64,000 bases of DNA from Nitrosopumilus sp. (GTDB lineage Archaea; Thermoproteota; Nitrososphaeria; Nitrososphaerales; Nitrosopumilaceae). Shown here in pieces: positions 1 through 10,135 of the stretch. The stretch spans positions 928,001 through 992,000 of the forward strand of contig OZ244732.1 of NCBI GenBank assembly GCA_965219345.1, given 5' to 3'. The notes below the pieces were generated by a model. It saw nothing but the letters and a program-made list of their open reading frames with translations, was not told the DNA's origin and made no database searches. Position 1 is the stretch's first letter. Each line of letters begins with the position of its first letter. The position numbers and the translations under genes were made by a program.

Positions 1-1134
1 AACATTACAAAAACAAAGACATCTAGAACAACATTTGTTACACGAGAAACAGTTCCATTACTTCGAAAAAGGTTAGAGGGAATTCAAGAAAAAGAACTTG
101 TTTTTGGTAAAAATGAAAATCCAAAGAAAGCAGTTGTAAATGAAATGATGATGTTCAAGTGGTTTAGAGAAAAACTTGGTATGAATGAAAGATATGAGAG
201 TAATAATCGTCACAAAAAAAATCTTCATTCACTTAGAGCATTTACATCAACACAGATTGCAGAAGCTCATGGTGAGGAATTTGCTCATGGTTTTATTGGT
301 CATTCAAAATATCTCGGCCAATATATCAGAAGAAAAGAGAAAATTCCTGAAATGTACACGAGAACAGAAAATGAACTCATGATTTACGAACAATCAATAG
401 TAATAGAGAGTAATGAATCAGAAGTAGAATTATTGAAAAAACAAGTACAGAAATTAATCCAAGAAACAATTTTTCAAAAAGAGCAACTTGAGACAAGAAA
501 TAGATTTCTTGAATCAAAATTATCTAGTAAGTATGAATCCGTTCTCTTATGTTTTGCAACTTCACGTCTAGTTGGAAAAGCCAAGTTGTATGAAATTCTT
601 GGACAAGATTTGAAGGAGTTACCAAAACTTTCTAGAAATGTCATCCAATCTTTAGGCAATATTGAAATTATACCTACTGACTTGACCATGGAGACAAAAT
701 ATCTTTCGGATAAAACTAGTTTAAGATCACCTAGATTTAATTTCAATTTGGGAAACAAGTTTGGGGCAAAAAAATGTGCATTTTGTGAGATAGATATTCC
801 TGAAACTATAGCGGGAGCGCACATATGGCCTGTTTCAGACATAAAACAAAAACCCAACTTGTCAGATGTGGAAAAGTTAGCTTGTGCAACTGATGGGGAA
901 AATGGTATTTGGCTTTGCCATACTCATCATAAATTGTTTGACGTAAACTACATTAGAATTAGTGAAAATAAAGAATTAAAATATCTGTCAACTTTAGATG
1001 AAAAAATAATAAAATCAATTAAAAAAAACACTCCGATTACCAAAATACCAAAAGAAATAGTTACTGGAAAGTTTCTAAAATATTTGAAAGAACGGAATAA
1101 AATTATCCCAGAGATAAATTATGTATCTTTATAA
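1..1134 (+). CDS. Tyrosine recombinase/integrase (5' partial) fused to a C-terminal HNH endonuclease domain
   Basis: Frame is open from base 1 (NITKTKTSRTTF...). HSLRAF, FIGH and QY integrase motifs, then a coiled coil, then CAFC...AHIWP...NGIWLCHTHHKLFD (HNH). Confidence 0.8.
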   Translation, partial: NITKTKTSRTTFVTRETVPLLRKRLEGIQEKELVFGKNENPKKAVVNEMMMFKWFREKLGMNERYESNNRHKKNLHSLRAFTSTQIAEAHGEEFAHGFIGHSKYLGQYIRRKEKIPEMYTRTENELMIYEQSIVIESNESEVELLKKQVQKLIQETIFQKEQLETRNRFLESKLSSKYESVLLCFATSRLVGKAKLYEILGQDLKELPKLSRNVIQSLGNIEIIPTDLTMETKYLSDKTSLRSPRFNFNLGNKFGAKKCAFCEIDIPETIAGAHIWPVSDIKQKPNLSDVEKLACATDGENGIWLCHTHHKLFDVNYIRISENKELKYLSTLDEKIIKSIKKNTPITKIPKEIVTGKFLKYLKERNKIIPEINYVSL

Positions 1135-1321
1135 AGAACTCAAAACGCCTCAAAAGCCCCGGCAGTTGACACGAATAAAATTTCTAGTCAAGCTCCGTCA
1201 AGTTGACAGAACCAGATATCAAATTGGCTTAAAATATTGTTCAGTATGTGAAATATGGTTGAAAATATCTAGCTATACATGTCCATGTTGTAAGAATACT
1301 GTCAGAACAAGGCCAAGGTGA
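1121..1321 (+). CDS. Small zinc-ribbon protein
   Basis: CSVC...CPCC motif, basic C-terminus. Confidence 0.6.
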   Translation: MYLYKELKTPQKPRQLTRIKFLVKLRQVDRTRYQIGLKYCSVCEIWLKISSYTCPCCKNTVRTRPR

Positions 1322-1356
1322 ACTTGTTATATTAATTAAAAAAATACACAATCAAT

Positions 1357-1467
1357 ATGTCTGAAAGATTAGTAGAAATTCCAATTACAAAGGAATTAAG
1401 AGATAAGATAAGGACGTACAAAAAAGAACTGACATACAATGAATTTTTGAATAAGTTGATATGTTGA
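1357..1467 (+). CDS. 36-aa putative ribbon-helix-helix-like DNA-binding microprotein
   Basis: Hand translation MSERLVEIPITKELRDKIRTYKKELTYNEFLNKLIC; strand-helix-helix pattern; AT-rich upstream. Confidence 0.4.
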   Translation: MSERLVEIPITKELRDKIRTYKKELTYNEFLNKLIC

Positions 1468-1579
1468 TATGACATAGACATCCAACACTGTCCTTACTTT
1501 GAAAAAGTAGGGTTACTCCCATGTGGGATGTGGAGAACCCGGTCCAACTATTAGAATAGACATATTGCTACTCAAATCT

Positions 1580-1639
1580 TGTGTGCAATTTTATATATAA
1601 ATGGACAGATCTGTCCAAAGTATAAATACTCTGCACACA
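1580..1639. promoter_or_regulatory. Dyad-symmetric operator/promoter of the AbiE-like pair
   Basis: Perfect palindrome TGGACAGATCTGTCCA (1602-1617); TGTGTGCA/TGCACACA symmetric about the same centre; TATAAATA at 1621. Confidence 0.65.
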
Positions 1640-1650
1640 TTATTAATCAT

Positions 1651-2337
1651 ATGAATAAACAAGAAACTATTACAATACTCAATAAAGCAAAGCAAGCAAT
1701 TGCGTTTGCTCAGGAATTGCCACCTAGTCCTATCTATGATCTTAAAAATTTAGAAAAAACTGTGCAGGTATCACCCAGGACTATTAAAAGAAGAATAAAT
1801 GAATTAGTGGTGTTAGGATTAGCAGATTACAATCGTGGGAAATTTATGATAAAAAGAGAAGTTATTTCACAACCATACATTGTATTACAACACATAATTC
1901 CTTCACTCATAGCACTCAAAAAAGCTAGAAGATTTGGAAGACATTACAAATCAACAGACATTAGTTTTATGAAAAAACATCTACCAAAGGGATCCATGAT
2001 AACACTTGATCACAAAGCCCATGAATTAACAAAGTTTCAAAGTCCACGTGACTTGTACGTATATGTTGATGATGTAGAAGAGGTTTCTGAACTTTTGAAA
2101 AATCATGGATTCAGAGAGGGAAAGAGAGGGAATGTCATACTTCTTCCAAAGATTGGTTCTTTTGAAAATCAAACCGAAAGAGTTTTTCGAGATTGTGTAG
2201 CACATGGTGGACGAAGTTTTTTGGATGCAGCTGCAATTATGTTAACATATAAAGATGTGATCAAAACAAGAGCAAGATTTACCGGAGACACCATACTAAA
2301 AGTTCAAGAGGGTTTACCAGATGAACCCACTCATTAA
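1651..2337 (+). CDS. wHTH-containing AbiEi-like antitoxin/regulator (type IV TA)
   Basis: N-terminal HTH (VSPRTIKRRINELVVLGL); coupled to a downstream nucleotidyltransferase; ATG at 1651 follows a TATA box. Confidence 0.6.
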   Translation: MNKQETITILNKAKQAIAFAQELPPSPIYDLKNLEKTVQVSPRTIKRRINELVVLGLADYNRGKFMIKREVISQPYIVLQHIIPSLIALKKARRFGRHYKSTDISFMKKHLPKGSMITLDHKAHELTKFQSPRDLYVYVDDVEEVSELLKNHGFREGKRGNVILLPKIGSFENQTERVFRDCVAHGGRSFLDAAAIMLTYKDVIKTRARFTGDTILKVQEGLPDEPTH

Positions 2338-2830
2338 AGAAGATGTGCATATTACTCAAGATTTTGGGGCAGCTACATTTGTTGGTGCTATAGCTATCAT
2401 GCTACATACAAATGAACAACATCAATCTCAGGATTTAGATTTTGTTGTTGCAGAACAAATTTCTAATGATGAATATTTGGAAAAAGGGTATAAAATTGAC
2501 TTACAAAAAGACAAAAAAATAAGCCCAAGAGGCTTTAAAATTGATGTGTATGATAAGCATGATTTTAATGAGATGTCACTTGAATACATTATAGAAACCG
2601 CAGCAGTGATTCCAGTAGATAAAAAAGGGACAACAGTCAATGCCATCTCTTTGGAAGGATTGATTGTTTCAAAGTATAGAGCAGGGCGTGATCAAGACAT
2701 TGAAGACCTCCAAAGATTGGCCATTCGTTGTAATTCAAAGATTAATTGGAATGAAATCGCAAAACTTGCTAAAAATGATGTAGAGTATTCCAACATAGAG
2801 CAAGCAATTCAGTTTTATGCATCTCAATAA
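2321..2830 (+). CDS. AbiEii-like Pol-beta nucleotidyltransferase
   Basis: VGAIA...SQDLDF and LIVSKYRAGRDQDIEDL motifs. Confidence 0.7.
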   Translation: MNPLIKEDVHITQDFGAATFVGAIAIMLHTNEQHQSQDLDFVVAEQISNDEYLEKGYKIDLQKDKKISPRGFKIDVYDKHDFNEMSLEYIIETAAVIPVDKKGTTVNAISLEGLIVSKYRAGRDQDIEDLQRLAIRCNSKINWNEIAKLAKNDVEYSNIEQAIQFYASQ

Positions 2831-2890
2831 TCAAGTCCAGTTTTGAACCATCTTGGAAATAATGAGTCTCAAGTGTAGAGAATTACTACC

Positions 2891-3767
2891 AACTTATCCC
2901 AATACTCTCCAATACATCATAATTGATGCCAGGTAAACAAATGCAAGATAATTCTCTGAACGCCTTTCATATCTGATTCTGGTTCCGTGAAATCCATTTT
3001 TCAACTGCGCAAAGAATCTCTCTGCAACAGATCTTGTCTTGCTGTAATTGTTGTAACTATTATTTTGTAAAATAAATTTGGAATTACCTTTGTAGGGAAT
3101 GTAACACGTAATGTTGCTGTTTCTCGGATAATTCCCGATGTATTTTGCACCATATCCCCTGTCTGCATAAACTGAAACAATCTGATTCGTCATGGAATTA
3201 TCTGTAAAATCTGAAATTGATTCTGTGACATCCACAAATTTTGCACTATCATGTTCATTTGCGGGACTAATTACAGTTGATATTGGTAAACCGTTTTGTT
3301 CCACTGCAACATGAATCTTTGTGCCTGTAATCCTTTTGAACCCGTCATATCCAGTCACATCCCCACCCTTTTTTGGCAGAAACTGATGGGGAGTCAGCTG
3401 ATATTTTTTGTAGATTGAGTCTGTTTGATTTATGAGCGGTTCTGATTGCACATGACAGAGCCTTTTTCCAAATTCCTTTTTGTTGCCAAGAGTTTAATCT
3501 TCTATTTGCCGTTGGTCTAAAACCATATTTTTTTGGCATTTCGCTCCATCTACATCCAGTTATTGCAACAAACAAAATTCCACTGATAATTTTTCTGTCA
3601 TTACTTCTTGGACGGCCCGTATGGGATGGTTTTGGAACATGTTGTTTCATCATATCCAATTGCTTGTTAGTTAGTTCTTGAAATTGCATAAAATAGAACC
3701 AATTTTATTTCAAATGGATCTAATTGATCCTTAAAAATTCACTAAATGATCAGTTTTGGGACAAGTT
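2891..3767 (-). mobile_element. IS5-family insertion sequence (two-ORF type)
   Basis: Imperfect 16-bp terminal inverted repeats (2891-2906 and 3752-3767, 14/16 match) bracketing a split transposase. Confidence 0.8.
2894..3689 (-). CDS. IS5 transposase (orfA 3345-3689 + orfB 2894-3451) joined by a frameshift; possibly degenerate
   Basis: GRPR...TGCRW in orfA; GTKIH...ADRGY...ERFF...RYER in orfB; AAAAAAGGG in the overlap. Confidence 0.8.
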
Positions 3768-3945
3768 ACTAATTGAAGGAGGTCTCATTATCATTCCTAT
3801 TACAGAACGTAGTTCAGTCCAAGAACAACAAATTCCTTATTGGATCAGAAATAATGCCAAATGGTGGGCTGATGATCTCATTTCTGATGAGGACTTTATT
3901 CAATCAATCCAATACTTAGTCGAAAAAGGTATAATTCTAATATAA
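3768..3945 (+). pseudogene. C-terminal remnant of a thaumarchaeal surface protein truncated by the IS
   Basis: IPYWIRNNAKWWADDLISDEDFIQSIQYLVEKGII domain begins right at the IS end. Confidence 0.65.
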
Positions 3946-3999
3946 TCTGGTCAATTTTTGTTTCATTGAATATATAAATAGTCTCAACTCAGATTCAAA

Positions 4000-5055
4000 A
4001 TGAAAATGAGGTTTATAGGGTTCCTAGCATTTGCGTTGTTATCCATCTCTATTCTATCTTATGGTGTAAATGGTTCTGTCTTTGCAGATAGTCATAACAT
4101 TCCTCCATTATCTGTATCAACTGAATTGCTAACATATGCAAATGGTGGAGAAGTTGTAGTTTCTGGAAGTATAAAAAATTATGATTCTACATCTACAGCT
4201 GACCTTACTTTTCTTGTTAAATCCCCTAATGGTAATATGGTCTATATTGGGCAACTAACTCCAAGTTCTGATGGTTCGTTTGAACATACTTTCACTGCTG
4301 GTGGTCCTCAATGGACATCAAGCGGCGATTATATTATTAAATTTCATTTTGGTGCCATGACAGGTGAAACTACACTTATTTACACTGGTGGAGAAGCACC
4401 AGCATCCACAATAACTTGTGGTTCTAATGAAACTCTAATAGACGGAGTATGTGTTGAAAACGAACCAGAAGAAGTAACTTGTGGTTCTAATGAAACTCTA
4501 ATAAACGGAGTATGTGTTGAAAACGAACCAGAAGAAGTAACTTGTGGTTCTAATGAAACTCTAATAAACGGAGTATGTGTTGAAAACGAACCAGATCTTA
4601 CGTGTGGGGCTGGAACTGAATTAGTAAATGGAATTTGCCAAGTAATTAAAACTGATGAACCTGAAGCAAAAGGTGGAGGTTGTTTAATTGCAACAGCTGC
4701 ATATGGAACTGAATTAGCACCACAAGTACAATTCCTCAGAGAAATTAGAGATAATACCGTAATGAGTACTGAATCTGGTGCAGCATTCATGACTGGATTT
4801 AACCAATTGTATTATTCATTCTCACCAACAATTGCTGACATGGAAAGAGAAAACCCAATGTTCCAAGAAGTAGTGAGAGCCTTTATCACTCCAATGGTAT
4901 CAACACTATCAATTATGACATTGGCTGAAGATGGTTCAGAAGTTGAAGTTCTGGGACTCGGAATTTCTGTAATTGTACTTAACTTGGGAATGTATATTGC
5001 AGCACCAGCATTAATTGGATTCAAAATTCATAACCATTTCAAATCTAGAAAATAA
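4000..5055 (+). CDS. Secreted CFI-box-CTERM domain protein
   Basis: Signal peptide, Ig-like domain, Cys repeats, GGGCLIATAAYG motif, C-terminal TM helix. Confidence 0.85.
   Translation: MKMRFIGFLAFALLSISILSYGVNGSVFADSHNIPPLSVSTELLTYANGGEVVVSGSIKNYDSTSTADLTFLVKSPNGNMVYIGQLTPSSDGSFEHTFTAGGPQWTSSGDYIIKFHFGAMTGETTLIYTGGEAPASTITCGSNETLIDGVCVENEPEEVTCGSNETLINGVCVENEPEEVTCGSNETLINGVCVENEPDLTCGAGTELVNGICQVIKTDEPEAKGGGCLIATAAYGTELAPQVQFLREIRDNTVMSTESGAAFMTGFNQLYYSFSPTIADMERENPMFQEVVRAFITPMVSTLSIMTLAEDGSEVEVLGLGISVIVLNLGMYIAAPALIGFKIHNHFKSRK
4413..4595 (+). repeat. 63-bp tandem repeat, about 3 copies (TCGSNETLINGVCVENEPEEV)
   Basis: Near-identical DNA units. Confidence 0.9.
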
Positions 5056-5110
5056 TTCTATCTAATTTCATTTTAGTAGGTTATTATACTGAGACACATC
5101 ACGTAACCTT

Positions 5111-5434
5111 ATGCATATTGAATACGAAGAATTTGATGCAATTGAAGATATCTTCATGTATATGGCGTCTGCAGCTCCTCCAATGAAAAATACAATGCCA
5201 ATTAATTCTTACAAAGGATATGTAATGTCATTTATTCCACTCAGTCCAACAACCGGTGAGTCTTATCTGATGATTTATGCCAAGGGTTCACTTGAACCGG
5301 GAATCTATGAATTTGATGTTGCATTAAATTCTTACAAAAAAGTTGAAAGTATTGAAAGAGCAGACAAAGTTTACTTTATCTCTCTAACACCAAAAAGAAA
5401 TACTATAGCAGACACTGCTATTGAAAACCTATAA
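5111..5434 (+). CDS. Hypothetical protein
   Basis: Clean 107-aa ORF. Confidence 0.7.
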   Translation: MHIEYEEFDAIEDIFMYMASAAPPMKNTMPINSYKGYVMSFIPLSPTTGESYLMIYAKGSLEPGIYEFDVALNSYKKVESIERADKVYFISLTPKRNTIADTAIENL

Positions 5435-7009
5435 TTTCTTTGTTTGAATCTTAGGTGCAGATACCGACAAACTTCTTGCATATTTGTCCATGATCTCATC
5501 TGGAGTTCTTCCATTAAAGAGATCTTTACACAATCCTCTAAGATACCTCATAATTGCCCAAGTCCCTGCTTTGAGAATTCCGTACATGAAGATCTTCATT
5601 GGTGGACCATAAGTTTTGTTTCTGAGAATAATTGGAATAATGTCATTAATTACACGTAGATTATTTTCCCAACATTTCCAAAACAGAGTAAATTGTGCCT
5701 CATTCAAGTTTCCAAAATGCATTGAATTCTTTTCACTAAAGTCCTGATAAAGTAATGGTGCTATTAATCCTCTAAAGTTCATCTGTCTAAAGTCTCTAAT
5801 CATATCAATTGTATACTGATTGTCCTCTGGAGTTTCGTCAGGCCAACCAATGATAATAGTTGCAGCTGGGAACCAGTGGTTTTCATTTAGAATCTTTGCA
5901 CCCTCTCTTACAACACTTCCCCATTCTTCAGGAGAAAATGGTTTTGTTTTAACGCCGAGATGTTTCTTTACCAATGCTGGTGCTACTGTTTCAATTCCCA
6001 AATTTGTTGCAAGCCATCTTCCTGTTTCATCTTGTTTATTGATATGTGAAATTTGTTGCATTAATGTAGGATCTGCTGCAACTGCTGAGAATGTCATATG
6101 TGTAGTTCCAATAAAGTTTGCCCCTAATCCTTTGAGTCCCTTCCACAAGTCAGTGATAACGTCTCTGTTTGGAATAAAGTCTCTATTATCACATCCATAA
6201 AGTAACATTTCATCTGAATGCAACCAAATTGAATCAAATCCATAATCTAAGTTAATTTTTGCTTCATGTTGTAATCTGTCTAATGGAAGATCTTTCTTTG
6301 ATCTTTTATTTACGTCACAAAAGTCACATCCTCTTCCACAACCTCTCATTGCCTCAATCAAGGAATTGATTGTAGGACCTTCAATAACTGGAATGTTTTC
6401 AAGGTTTCTAACAAAACAATGCATCAGTTCTGGTGCATCCCCTTTCTCTAAATCTTGGAACAAGTCTATTGCTAACTCATCGGCTTCACCAACCACCACT
6501 GTATCTATTCCATGAATCTTCATTCTGTCTGATTTAGCTAATTCCCATGCGCCGTTACCTCCAACTACAACTTTAAAATCATATTTCTTTTTGAGTTGAA
6601 TAATACTGGCACACATTTTTTTGAATTTCATTGCAACATAAGATAATTTTTCTGGTGACATTGTTGTTGTAACTGGAGCCATTCCTAGTGGATCCATTAC
6701 ATTAATTCCTACAACTTTGGTATCTGGCCCAATTGATTTGTGTAGCATTTCAGGATGTGCAAGAAATACATCTTCTCTTTTGTATCCTCCTTGAAGTAAT
6801 GAACTCTCTACTCTTCTTAATCCAACTTGAGCAACTTTAACTTCACCTGTTATTTTGTCTGTTTCAACTGAAGGACAGAACACTTTGTCAAAAACCCATT
6901 CAGGGAGAACCTCATATGGTCCACATGCTATAAATCCATACAGAAAATTTCCTCTATAATTTGTCATTAAGCTACGATCAGCAGTAAGTACAACACGTTT
7001 GCCAGCCAA
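5429..7009 (-). CDS. B12-binding-domain radical SAM protein
   Basis: RGCGRGCDFC motif; VVGG and VGEAD upstream. Confidence 0.9.
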   Translation of the reverse strand: MAGKRVVLTADRSLMTNYRGNFLYGFIACGPYEVLPEWVFDKVFCPSVETDKITGEVKVAQVGLRRVESSLLQGGYKREDVFLAHPEMLHKSIGPDTKVVGINVMDPLGMAPVTTTMSPEKLSYVAMKFKKMCASIIQLKKKYDFKVVVGGNGAWELAKSDRMKIHGIDTVVVGEADELAIDLFQDLEKGDAPELMHCFVRNLENIPVIEGPTINSLIEAMRGCGRGCDFCDVNKRSKKDLPLDRLQHEAKINLDYGFDSIWLHSDEMLLYGCDNRDFIPNRDVITDLWKGLKGLGANFIGTTHMTFSAVAADPTLMQQISHINKQDETGRWLATNLGIETVAPALVKKHLGVKTKPFSPEEWGSVVREGAKILNENHWFPAATIIIGWPDETPEDNQYTIDMIRDFRQMNFRGLIAPLLYQDFSEKNSMHFGNLNEAQFTLFWKCWENNLRVINDIIPIILRNKTYGPPMKIFMYGILKAGTWAIMRYLRGLCKDLFNGRTPDEIMDKYARSLSVSAPKIQTKKL

Positions 7010-7096
7010 TTATAAAACTTCGTTTAAGTATGTTATATATCATTTACGAGGATGACTTGGCTGATTCGTCTGTAAATTTTAATTAGAATTGTTTTT

Positions 7097-7870
7097 TCAT
7101 TTTTTTCTGATAGCTCTGTTTGCAATATTTGCTGCAATTCCACCTGCTGCAATTCCATTATCTATATTCACTACCGATAATCCTAATGAACAGCTTTGAA
7201 GCATTGATGCAAGGGCTGCTATGCCTTTTTCTCCGTATCCATATCCTACAGATGTTGGAATTCCTATTATTGGGATATCAACCATGGTAGAAACAAGTGT
7301 GGCTAAAGCACCTTCCATTCCTGCAGCCACTATAATACAATCCACATCTTCTTCTATCATTTTTTTTAAAATTGGGAAAATTCTATGAATGCCTGCAACC
7401 CCTACATCATAACTTGTAATGCATTTACAGTTCATTGACTCACACATTAATCTAGATTCTTCTGCTACTCCAATATCTGATGTACCAGCAGTAAGTATAC
7501 CTACTTTCCCCCCATGAAATTTTATAGGTTTTTTAAATAACAATAATGTTGATGATTTTTTTCCAGTCTTTATTTTGACTTTTAGTGTCTTTGCAAATGC
7601 CTGAATTTTTGGATAGTCTTTTTTCTTAATCCTTGAGATCATTACCGAGTTAGCTTTTTCTAGAATTTTCTTAATAATTTTTTTGATTTCATCTAGTTCT
7701 TTTGTTTCTGCAAAAATTATTTCTGGAATTCCTCTTCTTTTTCTCCTATTGATGTCAATTTTGGCAAATCCCTCTACTTCTTCAATAGAATATAATGAAA
7801 GAAGCTTTTTTGCATTATTAACTGAAATTTTACCTTCTTTCAATGATTCCAAAATCTCATGAATTTCCAA
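7097..7870 (-). CDS. larB: Nickel-pincer cofactor biosynthesis protein LarB
   Basis: AGTSD, DVGVAG, AGMEGAL, PTSVGYG, VVNIDNG. Confidence 0.92.
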   Translation of the reverse strand: MEIHEILESLKEGKISVNNAKKLLSLYSIEEVEGFAKIDINRRKRRGIPEIIFAETKELDEIKKIIKKILEKANSVMISRIKKKDYPKIQAFAKTLKVKIKTGKKSSTLLLFKKPIKFHGGKVGILTAGTSDIGVAEESRLMCESMNCKCITSYDVGVAGIHRIFPILKKMIEEDVDCIIVAAGMEGALATLVSTMVDIPIIGIPTSVGYGYGEKGIAALASMLQSCSLGLSVVNIDNGIAAGGIAANIANRAIRKK

Positions 7871-7903
7871 TGATGATTTTTCTTTGTTTGGATAAAAAAA
7901 GGC

Positions 7904-8818
7904 TTAGATCTCAATACCTGAAATGGCACCTTTTACACTCTCTACTCCTTTTTCAAATACTTGTTTTTCCTCATCATTAAGGTCTAATTCTATAATTTTT
8001 TCTACTCCATTCTTCCCAATAACTGCCGGAACTCCTATTGTAACGTCTGAATGACCGTATTCTCCATCAAGATATGTTGCAACTGGCATGACTTGTTTTC
8101 TATCTCTAGCAACTGATTCAACAATTGCAGAAATTGCATTTCCTGGAGCGTGTACTGTTGCGCCTTTTAATTCAATGACTTTGGCTGCAACTTGTTTTGT
8201 GTTTTGAACTAATTCATCTAATTTTTCTTTTGGAAGAAAAGATGATAATGGGATTCCTGAAACCGATGAAAATCTTGGTAATGGTAACATATTTTCTCCA
8301 TGTTCACCAATTACTAATGCTCTGATAGAATCACGAGAATGTCCTGTCGCTTCATGAATAAATTGTTTGAATCTTGACAAGTCAAGCATTCCCCCCATTC
8401 CAAATATTCTACCCCTGTCAAATCCTGAGACTTTGTATGTGACATATGCCATTGGATCAAGTGGATTTGTTACTGGAATTATCATAGAGTTATCAGCATG
8501 TTTTTTGATATTACCAACAACACTATTCACTACAGAAGCATTAATTTTTAAAAGATCCATTCTAGTCATTCCTGGTTTTCTTCCAGAACCTGCAACAACT
8601 ACAACAATGTTTGAACCTTTCATATCTGCATAATCATTAGAACCTTTTACCTCTACATCAATTCCTTGTTCTGATAACATGTGATTGATATCCATTGCTT
8701 CTCCTTGTGGAAGCCCTTCAACAACATCTAATAACAAAATTTGATCATCTAATAGCTTTAATGCAGAGAATAATGCTGCATCACCACCTACTTTACCTGA
8801 GCCAATTATAGTAATCAT
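7904..8818 (-). CDS. mdh: LDH-like malate dehydrogenase
   Basis: [26 protein letters not shown]. Confidence 0.95.
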   Translation of the reverse strand: MITIIGSGKVGGDAALFSALKLLDDQILLLDVVEGLPQGEAMDINHMLSEQGIDVEVKGSNDYADMKGSNIVVVVAGSGRKPGMTRMDLLKINASVVNSVVGNIKKHADNSMIIPVTNPLDPMAYVTYKVSGFDRGRIFGMGGMLDLSRFKQFIHEATGHSRDSIRALVIGEHGENMLPLPRFSSVSGIPLSSFLPKEKLDELVQNTKQVAAKVIELKGATVHAPGNAISAIVESVARDRKQVMPVATYLDGEYGHSDVTIGVPAVIGKNGVEKIIELDLNDEEKQVFEKGVESVKGAISGIEI

Positions 8819-8908
8819 GAAAAATATTGATGATTTTCAATAATTAAATCTAATGAAATTTGTTTACTATTAGACGAATTTATAAGCATTTTTGATAATT
8901 TTTAATCA

Positions 8909-10135
8909 ATGGTTATTGTAATTGATCCACAGGTAGCTGGAATATCAGGAGATATGCTTCTTTGCTCTTTGGTAGATCTAGGTGCTGACAAAAATAAGAT
9001 AATTGATGGAGTCAAACAATCAGAAAAATTTTTTCCAAATTCATCCATTAAAAAAATCGATTTTCAAAAAATTACTAAACACGGTATTCAATCTATTCAC
9101 TTAATTTTAGAAATCGAAGAAAATATTCACGAAAGAAAAGGTTCAGAAATCAAAAAGGCAATTACTGATTCGATCCAAGCTATTGAACTTTCAGAAAAAG
9201 CAAAAATATTTTCAAAATCTTGTATTGATACTCTTATTTCTTCCGAATCTATAATCCATGGAATTCCTGAAGACTCTGTTCATTTTCATGAGGCGTCTAG
9301 TATAGATACTCTTGTAGATGTTGTTGGCACTGCAATTGCTTTGGAAGATTTAGGATTATTTGATGAAAAAATTCTTTGTTTGCCTATCTCAGTTGGCGGA
9401 GGCAATGTAACTTTTTCACATGGGACCATGTCGAATCCGGCCAGTGCAATACTTGAGATTTTTAAAAATTCAAATTTAACAATTAAAGGAAATACTGCAA
9501 ATAAAGAACTCACCACTCCCACAGGTGCTTGCATTCTAGTAAATTTGACAAATAATGCTGTGGAATATTATCCTTCCATGAAAATTAATTCAATTGGTTA
9601 TGGTGCTGGACAAAAAGATTCTGAAACTTTTTCAAATGTTTTAAAAATTGTTAGAGGCTCTGAAAATAATTTTGATATTGATTCAGTTAAGATTCTTGAA
9701 ACAAATGTGGATGATGTTTCAGGAGAAATTCTGGGAAATCTAATTGAAAAAATCATGGAAAAAGGTGCGAAAGATGCTTCAATTTATCACGGAATTACCA
9801 AGAAAGGAAGACCTACAAATCTTGTATCTGTAATTTGTAGTGACGAAAATGTTGATACAATAGTTGATACCTTGGTACTTGAAACTGGTACTTTGGGAAT
9901 TCGAATTTCTGAGTCTAATCGATTCACTGTTCCTAGAACAATTCATACTGTTTCTCTAACCCTAAATGGGAAATCTTTTCAAATAAATTACAAAAAATCC
10001 TTCTTTAAAGGGAAAACTGATTTTAAAATAGAATTTGATGACCTTAAGAATGTCTCTAACACAATTAAGAAATCAATTAAAGCAACCGAGTCATTACTAA
10101 GAAAAGAGATTGAAAAACTAGAGGATTTACAATGA
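8909..10135 (+). CDS. larC: Nickel insertion protein LarC
   Basis: GISGDM, VHFHE, TPTGA, ETNVDD, KKGRP. Confidence 0.92.
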   Translation: MVIVIDPQVAGISGDMLLCSLVDLGADKNKIIDGVKQSEKFFPNSSIKKIDFQKITKHGIQSIHLILEIEENIHERKGSEIKKAITDSIQAIELSEKAKIFSKSCIDTLISSESIIHGIPEDSVHFHEASSIDTLVDVVGTAIALEDLGLFDEKILCLPISVGGGNVTFSHGTMSNPASAILEIFKNSNLTIKGNTANKELTTPTGACILVNLTNNAVEYYPSMKINSIGYGAGQKDSETFSNVLKIVRGSENNFDIDSVKILETNVDDVSGEILGNLIEKIMEKGAKDASIYHGITKKGRPTNLVSVICSDENVDTIVDTLVLETGTLGIRISESNRFTVPRTIHTVSLTLNGKSFQINYKKSFFKGKTDFKIEFDDLKNVSNTIKKSIKATESLLRKEIEKLEDLQ

